Shown: piece by piece, positions 46,129 through 56,417 of the stretch
How the letters are laid out: each line of letters opens with the position of its first letter
Numbering within the stretch: the stretch's first letter is position 1
Assembly (NCBI GenBank): GCA_004431415.1
Contig: QPMI01000295.1
Coordinates: 5,239 to 69,238, forward strand
Direction: 5' to 3'
Source: Cyanophora paradoxa CCMP329
Lineage: Eukaryota; Plantae; Glaucophyta
Length of the DNA: 64,000 nt
Notes under the pieces: model-generated
Database searches by the model: none
Told to the model about the DNA's origin: nothing
What the model saw: the letters and a program-made list of their open reading frames with translations, nothing else
Position numbers and translations under genes: made by a program

Positions 46129-48672
46129 CTACGGCTGCCAGTACCAGAGGGGGATGTCGAGGGAGACGGCGTGGACGGAGCCGCGCGCGAACTTGAGCTC
46201 GTAGGCGAACTGCGCGCCCGCGCCGGGTGAGGCCCCGGGAGGGGGGGGGGGGGGGGGGGGGGGGGATGGCGGCCGGGCCGGGCGGGGGGCGGGGCGCGTG
46301 GGGGCGGGGCGGGGGCGCGGGCCTTGGAGAACCAGGAGGTGAAGGTGCCGACGAGGGCGTCGCACTCGGAGAGGAGGGCGAGGTTCTTCGCCGCCGTCAC
46401 GATCTCCCGCTGCACCTGCGCCCCGCCCTCGGCCCCGCGCTGCGCTGCGCGGCGCTGCGCGGGGCGGGGCGGGGCGGACGGCCTCGTCGCGGAGGACGCC
46501 CTGACGGATCTTGAGGCCCGCCCCGTCCGCCCGCTCCTCCGCCTCGTCGTACAGCAGCCGCATCCCCGCTGCGCCCCCGCCCCCTCACCCTCCCGCCGGC
46601 CCGCGCGGCGCCGGCGGGGGCGGACGGGGCAGGAGGGGCCGGAGCTCGGCGATGGCCCCGGGGTCGTCCGTCGCCACGAAGACCGAGCGCGCCCCGAACC
46701 ACTGGCCCGGGGCGGCCCTCAGCAGCGCCGCGCGCCGCGGGGGCGCCGGCGAGGGCACCTCGGCGACCTCGGCGATCTTCTTCGCGTACGTCTCCAGCGA
46801 GAGCTGCCGGCGGGGCGCTCGGGCGGGGGCCCCTCGGGGGCACAGCCGGCGGAGCCGGCGCGGCGCGCACCACCTCGAGGGCCTCCGCGATGGGGCCCTT
46901 GATCTTGTCCCCGCGCCGCACGTGCACGCATATCTGCGCGAGCAGGCTGGGATGGCAGGTGGAGGGGGCGGCTCCCGGCCCCGCGTCCCCGGCCCGCTCC
47001 CACGCACCCTCGGGCTGTACCCGAGCTCCCACTGCACCGCCGTCTTCGTCGCCTGTATCGCCTGGGGGTACGGCATCGAGCCTCATGGGGGGAGGTATGG
47101 GATGCGAAAGAAGAGAGCGGGGTACCTGCAGCACGCGGGGCAGGGGCTTGAAGAGGTACCTGGGGGGTGGCGGGGGCGTGAGCGTCTCGCGTCTCGTGCC
47201 CCTGGCCCCCGCCCACCGCGCGATCTGGGCCTTCCACCAGAGCACGCCCCGGTCCCGGAAGTGGTCGGGCACCATGTACCAGTACCTGCGGCATGCGTGC
47301 TCGCACTGAGGCGTCGGGCTGCGAGGGCGGCGGGGGTACGGAGGCGCACCGGCACCAGGCGTACGGGATGAAGTGCCTGCAGGCTCGGATCTCGTTTAGG
47401 GTGTAGTCAGGGAAGTTCCAGTCATACTGGCGGGTACGGGCACCGATCGGCGCGAGTGCAATGGGGGGGGGGGGGGGGGCGAGGGGGAGGGGGAGGGGGT
47501 TGCAGTACCTGGCTGGGGTTCATGTAGACGACGCGGTCCCCCTCCGTGAGGGACGAGAGAAGCACCTCCTGCGCCGCCGCATCAGGAGGGGGGCGGGGGG
47601 CAGGAGTGCGGGGCGGAGTGCACACGGAGCGGGAGGGCCAGACGTCGGCCTCGGAGCAGGTGGAGACGGGCTGCGGCGGGGCGTCGGCCGGCCGCGGGGC
47701 GGGGCCTGCGCCGCGATGGCACCTCGAAGTAGCACTCGAAGGTCTTGCCGGCGCAGCCGGGGGCCCACATCCACTCGTCCGGGCTCGCCACGACCAGCGT
47801 CCGCCCGTGCACCGCCGCGTACGTGAACGCCCCCACCAGCCACTGCGCGGCAGGCGTCGCAAGCGGCGCCGTGCTGCCGCGCGGGCGCGGGGGCCCGGGG
47901 GCAGGGGCCCACCTGGAGCATGGCTGCGGCGGGGCGTGAGTGAGCGGGGGGGCGGAGGCGAGGGGGCGGGCGGGGGCCGGGGGCGCGCCGGCGAGGCCGT
48001 TGTCGAACTTGGAGAACTTGACGACGAGGGCGCGCGCCTTGGAGCAGTCCGGCGGCCTCTGCCGCTCCCGCATCTCCCCCAGGAACCGCTTCTCGGGCTC
48101 CCAGTCGTACACCTGCGGCCGGTCGGCCACGCGGGCGCCAGCGAGGGGCGGTGCGGGGCGCGCACCTGCTGCGCGCGCTCCTTGGCGATGTACTTGGCGG
48201 TCATGCTCTCGAGGGTCTCGGCCTGGTCGACGCGGGGGACCTTCGTGCGCTTGTGCCAGCGCAGGTTCTCCTGCCGCATCCCCTCGCTGATGAAGTACGG
48301 CGTGAGGAAGCTCGCCAGCACGAAGACGCCCAGGACGGCAAGCTTGGCCCACGTCGGGAGGCGGTGGATCCGCAAGAGCAGGCGTCGAACGTGCATGCCG
48401 AGGCGCTGCACCTTCGCACGCCCCGCCGCCGCTGGCGTCGTGCGCTTGCCGCGAACGCCGTGGCTGTCCTCCTCGAGCGAAATCGGCAGCAGGTCGTCGG
48501 CTGCCGCGGGAGAGCGCAGCGGGCCGCGGAAGGGCGACTTGCTGGGCGCGGCGAAGGACGGCATGTCCACTTCGACGACGGAGGGGTGCCTGTGCGTGGT
48601 GCTCGACGTCGCGCGCCCCAGCAGCTTGACCGGCTCCTCCCCGCGCTGGGCATTGAGCTGACCCGCAGTCAT
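46129..48672 (-). CDS. GT23-family (FUT8/NodZ-like) alpha-1,6-fucosyltransferase, type II membrane protein
   Basis: TM WAKLAVLGVFVLASFL; QRPPDCSKAR; FECYFE|PVSTC; motif I VHVRRGDK, motif II VFVATDD, motif III NLALLSECDALVGTFTSWFSK|FAYEL. Confidence 0.87.
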
Positions 48673-49009
48673 CGCCGCCGCGGAGCGCCGCGAGACTCCG
48701 CGCGCCGGCCCGCCTGCGACTTTTTTACCGCTCGGTACGTGGACCAGTTTTGGGCTGGCGCAGCTGGCCGCGCCGTGTAGCGCGCGCGACCGCTCACGCA
48801 GTCGGCTCGCCCAGGATGCTGTTCCAGTCGTGGATTCTACGCCCGCTAGCTTTGGGTCGAACAGCTTCAGCCTGGGCCTGCCGGGTCGTCGGGCCGGGCC
48901 GAGGTCGCTTGAAAGCCACTCCCAGGGATCGAACCCGCGCAGCTATGAATTCCGGAGACCCCAGCGCTGCATGCGCAGATCTAGATAACATACGATGCGC
49001 GGGGTTTAG

Positions 49010-51483
49010 CTACGCGGGGGGGAGGGCGGCGGCGAGGACGCCGAGGAGGCGGCCCAGCTCCGACTCCGTGTTGTAGTGCAGCATCGAGACCCGCACCTGC
49101 ATGTGCCCACCCTCAGCGCATGCGCGCGCACGTGCACGTGCAGGATCCTGATGCCCCGGCCAGGACCGGGCCCAAAGCGCGTGCGCGCCCCGGCGGATCC
49201 AGAGCTAGCGCTCCAGGCGGCGGCGCCGGCCTAGCTATAGGCCTAGGGCCTAGGGGTCGACTCGGCGACGTCTATGGCCCCCGGGCCGCAGGGGGCAGCA
49301 GCGCTGGCGCTGGCGAACCACGCCGCCGCTGCCGTTCTGCGCAGCGGTGAGGCCAGGGTGGACGTCAGGGGCGGGGCCGGGGGCGGAGGCGGGGCCGGGG
49401 GCGCCGGCGCGGGCGGGCTGCGCTGGGGCTGGAGGGGTGGGTGCGGGGCGGCGCACGACGGGGAGGCGGAGGGCCTCCTCGACGAGGCGCTGGGCGTAGA
49501 AGTGGCCGCTGCGCACCCCCACCCCCGCCGCCTCCGCTGCCCCCACCACCTCCTCCCCCCGCCTCCCCTCCACCACGAAGCTTCACGCCCCCGGGCGTCA
49601 CTTCCGGGGTCCGGCGCCGGCGGGCGGAGATCCAGGCGGCACCTGACGGTGGAGACTCGGGAGTCGCGGGAGGCATCGGCCGGGCCCACGATGCGGACGC
49701 CGCGCCGGCCCTGCACGCCCCGCCGCCTCACGCGGAGCCTCGCAGCGCGCCGGCCAGCGGGGTGCGCTCGGGGCACCTGCAGGAAGGAGAGGAGGCGGGA
49801 TGCGAGGCGCTCCTCGTACCCCGCGATGGCTGCGAAGGCCTGCGCCGGCCCCGTCGTCACGGGCCGCGCCCCGGCGGAGGGGGCGGGGCGGCGGCCTGCT
49901 GGATGCGGGCGTGGCGCGCGGGGGCGAGCGGCACGCCGGCGAGCTCGCAGCAGCGCGCGGCGAGGGCCTGCAGGGGGAGACCCCCGCGGCCTCAGCCGAG
50001 CCGCACTTCGGACGCGGGGCGCGGGCGCGGGGGCGCGCGCCTCGAGGTACTCGATGAGGCCCACGGCGCCGTAGCTGAGCTCGTAGTTGGGGCCCCCCGG
50101 CTGCGAGCAGGGGCCAGTGAGGGGAGGCGGGGGCGGGGCCGGCGCGGGGCGGGCCTGGAGGCGGTAGGGGAGGTCGGAGGCGGGGACGAAGCGGTGGTTG
50201 AGGCTCGCGAGCGCCTCCAGCAGCGCCCGCCGCCCGTACAGCACCGCCCCGTGCGGCCCGAAGACCTGCCGCCCTCCCCTCCTGATCGGGGCGAGCGGGG
50301 CCGCGGGGCGGGGCGGGGCGGGGCGGGCCTTGTAGGTGGAGAAGCAGTAGAAGTCGGCGCCGAGGGCGCGCACGTCCGTCGCCCGGTGCGGCGCGTGCCC
50401 CACGCCGTCCACCACCCTGCGCGCACCTCCGGCCTCTGCAGGGAGCCCCGGGCCCGGCACCAGGCGCCGCGGCGCACGAGAGGGCGCCGTGCCGGCGGGC
50501 GACCGCCGCTGCCTCGGCTGCCTCCTGCGGGGCGCCTGCAAGTGAGTGCAAGGGCGGGCGGGGCGGGGCCGAGGGGGGCGAGGGCTCGGGCAGAGGCGCA
50601 CGGGCTTCAGGGAGCCCAGGATGTTGCTGCAGTGCGTGAAGCAGACCAGGCGCGTCCGTCGATTCGCCCCCGGTCCTGCACATGCGCGAGCGATGCGCTC
50701 GGCGCCGGCGGCCGGCGGCGCCCTGCGCGCGCCTAGTGGCGCACCGCCCGCCGAGAGGAGACTTTCCAGATCCTCGACCCGAAGCGATTGCGAGGGCTCG
50801 TGCAGCTTCCTGCCGGCAGGCGCGCCCGTCGACGTCGACCGTCTCGCCCGGGAGCGACGGCGGCCGCTGCCGGGCTGGGGCCCCCGCACCACCACCGGAG
50901 GACGACGCGGCCGCCGCTGCGCTGCGCGAGGCGCTCCCAGCATCCGACGTTCGCCTGCACGCTGCGCCTGAGCGGGATGGGCCGCGCGGCGCTACGGCCG
51001 CACCTCGTGATCCACATTTGTGCAAACGATGTCGTGCTGGAGGCCCGGCGGCGGGTCCGCCGCGAAGATCGAATGCTCCATGGCCAGGGCGAGGGAATTG
51101 AAGAGCTGCGTCGTGGAGGGCCCATAGACGATCTCATCGGGGTCCGCAGCGTTGATGAACTCGGCGAACGCCGCTGTTGACGCGGCCCGTCGCCTTCACG
51201 GACCGCGCGTACGTGGCCCCGAGCTGCACGTTCGAGGAAGTAAGATAGTCCACAGTACGCTCAACGCACTGAGTCGCTATCTGACTACCGCCCGCGTTGT
51301 CTGCGCATGCATGCGCATGCGCAGTGAGCGGGGTCGCGTGCCGCGTACGCGTGCGCGCGGCGCACCCAGAAGCACTTCATCACAGCCGCGCAGGGAACGG
51401 AACTGGGAGCGGGCGAAGGAGACGGGGAAGCGGGCGCCGAGCTGCCCGAGCGCTTCAAGCGAGGCGACGATGTCCTGCTCCAT
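49010..51483 (-). CDS. Class V PLP enzyme, cysteine-desulfurase-like (VC1184-type, no catalytic Cys motif); apparent frameshift near 51175
   Basis: DNAGGSQ, NVQLGATY, DHE|ANV..W, FTHCSNILG, VDGVGHAPHR, FSTYK|VFGPH (PLP lysine), RSGHFYA, VR|VSMLHYNT. Confidence 0.85.
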
Positions 51484-51643
51484 TTAGATCTCCGCTGCTG
51501 GCTGGGTGGGGTGGCTGCAGTCGCTGGCTCGCTGCGAGTCGCTGGCACTCGCTGCTGGATTTGGGGTACGGCACAATACCGTCGACCTGAGCGCGACCAG
51601 CAGCAAGTCGGTCGTTGCTAAGGCGCAAAAACGTGCTAGCTGT

Positions 51644-53988
51644 ATGGAGGAGGAGGAGGCACACGGCCCCGCGTGGGTACGCCCGGACAGCTCGCTCGTC
51701 CTCTGCGCCGCCAAAGCTTGCGATAGCTGAGAGATCTCTAATTTCATCGCATGCTTTAATTGCCTCTGCCTTCGCAGGTGGTGCGGCTTCAAAAGGCGCG
51801 GGCGGTCGTCTACAACACCTTAGACGAGCCAAGCACATCCAGCCTTGCATTTGCAGCAGCTATTCTCATCTTCGCTGCGATTCTGTGCGCCAGACTCTAG
51901 CTAGCTATGCGCCGCCGCTGATCCGCCGCAGGCTGTCTGCCGTGAGCTTTTGCCTCGAGACAGTTCCGGAGCTGAGGGACTGGCACGGCTGGCCCGCTAT
52001 CGAGATTCTCTGCATCGTAATCTTCACTGCCGGTTGCGCCCCGGCTTAGCTTGGCACTGCGGCTTAGCCGCCCAGAGTTTATGCTCTTTACACGGTAGCT
52101 ACACGCCCACATGCTACGCCCACAGAGTTTATGGGGCGACTTGTTACCTGCCCGAACCTGTGGGCCTTCGTGAAGAGTGCGCCTCTGCTTCTCCGCCCTG
52201 AGCGTTGCAGCGCCCGCTGACGAGCGCCGCGCAGCGCCCATGAACATAATTGGTCTGCGCCCCGACCCGCCGCGGGCGCCCCGGCCCGCTAGCTAATCGC
52301 GTGCACGCCGCGTGGTAGACGCCATCGCAATATTGCCGTGCGCCCTCCCACGCTGGTCTCGTCTTTCGACTGCCTCCTGAATCCTTTGCTTTCCCGCAGG
52401 TGGTACATTGAGATAGGGCTCGACGCCGACAGCAACATCGGTGCCCTGCGCTGCGGCCGTGCCGCGCCGCGCCCTCCGCTCCGGCTGATCGATCCCTGGC
52501 GCCTCCAGGCTCGAACCTCATCCTCTTCCGGCTGGCGCGGCTCACGCGGGTGGTGCGCGCGCCCGCTCCGCCCCGGGCGCCGGCGCCGCCTGCTCGCCGG
52601 GGCGGGGCGCGGGGCCGAGCGGACGGGGGCGCAGTTCCGGGTGATGAAGCTCACGAGGTACAGTGTCTCGCTGCGGCTCGTCGGCCGCGCCCTCCGCTCG
52701 AGCGTCGACGCCCTGGTACCCCCCACTCGCCCCGCCGCGTGCGGCAGCTCGGGGTGAGCCGGGGACAGGTGCTGCTTGCGTTCTTCATCCTGATCGCGTT
52801 GGTCATCTTCTCCTCGGGGGTCTACTACGCGGAGAAGATGGGCGAGACGTGGAGCCCCGAGCTCAGGTGCCCCGTCCGCGACGACGGCCTCTGGTGCCCC
52901 GCCCCCCGCCCGCCGCTATCCCCTCTCCGCCCACGCCCCGCTCTCCTCAGCAACCCCTTCACGAGCATACCGCACACCTTCTGGTGGTGGTGCGCCCCGC
53001 GCTTGGGCCCCGTCGCCGCCCTCCCCCGCCGGACGGCAACGACGCTGACGCCAGGGCGTACGCAGCATCACTACCCTGACCACCGTCGGATATGGTCAGG
53101 CTTGCGCTCAAGTCTACCCCCGAAAGCACTGCAAACGCATTCCGAGCAGGGGACGAAGTGCCGCGGACGGTGGCGGGCCGCATCATCGCGGGCATTTGCA
53201 TGCTGACGGGCCTCCTGATCCTGGCCCTCCCGACCTCCATCCTCGGCACCTCTTTCATGCAGGAGCGCCAGGCCGTCCGCGAGGTCCCCGCCCCGCCCCC
53301 CGCGCCCCGGCCTCCGCGCCCCGCGCCCAGGCGCCGGGCGCTGACGCCGGCGCAGCAAGCGATGATGCGCATGAACGCTGTGCAGAGCGACGCGCTGCTG
53401 GGGCGCAAGACGGCGCGCAAGTGGGTGCCCCGCGGGGCCGGCGAGGACCCGGCCTCGCCGAAGACGCGGGCGGGGGCGGCGACGGCGCGGCGCGCGGAGG
53501 GCGTCACTACGCGCGCCAGCGAGCTCGTCGGCGTCGACTCCCCGACGCCCAAGTCCAAGGAGGGGGCGCAGACGGCGCGGTCGCGCGTGTACGTGACGGG
53601 GCGGCACGTCTTCGGGCGCGTGGCGTCGAGCCCGTCGCCTCCGCCCGGGACGGGGGCCGGGGGCGGCGTGGCGGACGTGGAGCGCACGCTGCAGGCGCTC
53701 GAGGGCTACGCGGGGACCCTCGCCTCGCAGCTCCAGGCGATGGAGTCCGCCCTGCAGGTCCCCTCCCCGGCCCCCGCCTGCCCGCCCCACCGACGCCCCG
53801 CCGCGGGCCCCGCGCAGGCCGGCCGGGAGCGGCACCAGTACATATCGGACCTGGTGGCAATCCTGAGGAAACAGATCGTCGCGGCGCCGCCGCCCAAGGA
53901 CGGCGGGCGCGAGGCGGAGGGCGATGGCGGCGGCGGCGGCGGGGCTCTATCCTCCCCGGAGGACCCCGATGGGGCCCTCTTTCCATAG
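51644..53988 (+). CDS. Voltage-gated K+ channel (Shaker-like 6-TM, no T1 domain seen)
   Basis: LDEPSTS, SFCLETVP, NII|DAIAILP|WY, S4 FRLARLTRV|FRVMKLTRYS, pore FTSIPHTFWWCITTLTTVGYG|D, S6 ILALPTSIL. The start codon is the least certain part. Confidence 0.9.
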
Positions 53989-54018
53989 CAGCGCTTGGGT
54001 CTTTTGCGGCGCTTTTCC

Positions 54019-54147
54019 TATTGAATATGCGAGCGAACGCGTAGCATATGACTTTGTATGCCTGCCACTCCGTAAGCAGCCTTGATTCTATACAATGATT
54101 GTTAGGGGTACAACCTTCAGTCTTCTTTCGCGCGAAGCAGTGAAGAT
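54019..54147 (+). repeat. Repeat A, 5' copy (family 2)
   Basis: 129 bp, one mismatch versus 56105-56233. Confidence 0.92.
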
Positions 54148-55282
54148 GTGTCGCGTGGCTCGTCGTGGGAGGGGCCCTAGCTGGGCCCCTCTGGTGGTCA
54201 CACTTGTTCTCGTCGTCGTCGTTTTCAGCCTCTTGGCGGCCTGCGCGGAGGCGGGGTCGAAAAAGAAGGGCAAGTCTTCCGCAACGGGCTCCCGCAAGAC
54301 AGCCCGTCCGCGGCCGACCGCATCCGCCCAGCCACGAGCTCGCCGTTCCACGCGTGTGACCGAGGCGGCGGACTCCGGCGGCGAGGACAACGGTTCGGCG
54401 CCTACTCCAACGCCAAGTGGCCGTCAGTCAACCAGCAACAAGCGCAAGGCGCCAGCCGCCCCGGCAGTCGAAAACCGCACCAGTGACGGCGTTCCGGATC
54501 CGGAGCCATTTTCCGAGGACGAGGAGGATGTGATTGCCGGCGTGCAGCGTCGTGAGCAGTTCGGCGGTGCAGCCACACGAGAGGAAGCTCTTGCCGCACA
54601 GATGTTCCCGAATCTCGAGATGCCGGTTCCCGACCAGCCAGGACCCAGCCGGCACACTCGGCACCGCCACGGCCCGGTTCCCGTCGTCAATGCCACAACA
54701 GCCCCTGCCGGTGAGCTTAATGAGTACATTAAGAAGCAGATTCAGCAAGGCATAGACCGAGGGGTAGAGTCCATCCGTGAGCACCAGCATCAAATCGCTC
54801 AGGAGCAGCAGCGCGAACAGCATGAAGCAATGCAGCTTAAGAATACCTGGCTTCGGGAGTTTGCGTTCCAGCTGATACAGCTGCGTTTCCAGCTCAAGGG
54901 GCTCCTCTCGTGTGTCGCCTGTGCAGCAACCCTCAAAGCGTCTTTGAAGCAGCTCGAGGAGCTTAAGAAGAAGATAGATATCCGCGACAAAGGCGGCGAT
55001 AAGACAGCCGAGGCGCTTGCAGCTGTGCCGGAGGAGCACCGCGCACAGACCGCGTCGATGGCGTACGCGCTTCGTGTGGCTGGCGTCGGCGCCGGTAATT
55101 CGTATGCACCAGCTGAGCGCCAGCCGTCTAGCTATCGGCCCCCGCAGCGGCAGCGTGTCGAACGCGAGCAGGCGCCCACCGCCCAGCGGAATGGCGGCGC
55201 TTGCTTTAGGTGCAACCAGCACGGCCACCATGTGAAGGATTGCACCAACCCGCCGCGCCCGGATTGGCGCGAGAAGAAGTAG
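54146..55282 (+). CDS. gag: Gag-like protein with N-terminal hydrophobic signal/anchor and CCHC knuckle
   Basis: CFRCNQHGHHVKDC; shares HEAMQLKN.WLRE, IDIRDKGGDK and REQFGGA with family 1 Gag. Confidence 0.85.
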   Translation: MCRVARRGRGPSWAPLVVTLVLVVVVFSLLAACAEAGSKKKGKSSATGSRKTARPRPTASAQPRARRSTRVTEAADSGGEDNGSAPTPTPSGRQSTSNKRKAPAAPAVENRTSDGVPDPEPFSEDEEDVIAGVQRREQFGGAATREEALAAQMFPNLEMPVPDQPGPSRHTRHRHGPVPVVNATTAPAGELNEYIKKQIQQGIDRGVESIREHQHQIAQEQQREQHEAMQLKNTWLREFAFQLIQLRFQLKGLLSCVACAATLKASLKQLEELKKKIDIRDKGGDKTAEALAAVPEEHRAQTASMAYALRVAGVGAGNSYAPAERQPSSYRPPQRQRVEREQAPTAQRNGGACFRCNQHGHHVKDCTNPPRPDWREKK

Positions 55283-56044
55283 GCGGCTTCCTGTGCCCAG
55301 CCTTTCGGGCGCAGCTGTAGAGTGCTAGGTTTTTTTCGTTTTCGTGTGGCCCCCGACTTGGCATGTGCATGTGCTCGTAGCTGTGCTGTGCTGTGTGTGT
55401 GCCATGAAGGAATAAATCTGGGCTTTCTTATGTGTGTTTGAGCTTGCATTGCATTCGTGGTGATGGGTCTGTGGTGAACACTAGCTTGGCAATTGCAATG
55501 TGCATGACCTTGTGATCGTTTCAAATTTGCCATAGTCTACAAGGCCTTGTAACTACGAATTTTGCATAAGCTTTGAGCATCACAACTTTGTGGGCCATAA
55601 GTGCCACCTGGATGACTCCAACCTGGTGCGAGCCCCAGCCAATCCCCAACAGCCTGACCTCTTCTCGTCCCAGGTCACATCAGGCTGCGGTCGAGTTGCC
55701 GAGTTCCTGGCCAGCAACGGCCATCTCGTGTGTCGCCATCGCGCGCTGGGTGCTCAGATCTAATCATTTGGTATCGCAGGTGTGGAGGAAATCATCTCTT
55801 GGTATTCAGGTGTGTCTCCCAATTTTCTATTCTGTTCCGCAGGTTGGCGCATTCATCCAGAGGTGTGCATGCTGGACAAGTTTTGAAGCATTCAAGAGAA
55901 CAAGTTGTGTACTTGCATGAGTCCATATGTGTGTGCTGTGCATGCTGTGATGTGCCTTCATTCAAGAACTTCGCGCATCCACCGTGGAGGTGAACGTCAG
56001 GTGTTGTGACAAGTTCGTACCTGTGACACGCTCACTATTAAAGA

Positions 56045-56233
56045 CTTCATGATCGGACTTGGCTTAGAATTGCTTAGAAGCAAGGCTGCTTGTGGCAGAC
56101 ATACTATTGAATATGCGAGCGAACGCGTAGCATATGACTTTGTATGCCTGCCACTCCGTAAGCAGCCTTGATTCTATACAATGATTGTTAGGGGTACAAC
56201 CTTCAGTCTTCTTTCGAGCGAAGCAGTGAAGAT
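56045..56233 (+). repeat. Internal B|A junction of family 2 (B about 56045-56104 by homology; A 56105-56233)
   Basis: B aligns with family 1 B (cttcatga...gcaaggctgc..gtggcag.catac); A repeats 54019-54147. Confidence 0.82.
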
Positions 56234-56417
56234 TCCTCACGTTTGCGTGTCACAGCCGCCCTCCAGCGTACCAGCTCCAGCTCCAACTCAGCTCCAGCTG
56301 CAGCTGGAGCCAGACTCAACTGCAGCTCAGCCTGTCAGCTTGTGTCGTTGATAAGATGTGGCGACAATTTAAGGCCTCAAGCCCAATTCCTGTGCGCTTG
56401 TGACTTTTAGCCACCAG

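Noticed and set aside
115-53986. Hundreds of long Pro/Arg/Gly/Ala-rich six-frame ORFs
   Set aside because: Artefacts of very high GC and stop-poor introns; the real genes appear only after splicing.
54230-54245. LAAC lipobox in Gag
   Set aside because: Bacterial lipoprotein processing does not apply to a eukaryotic nuclear element; treated only as part of the signal-like leader.
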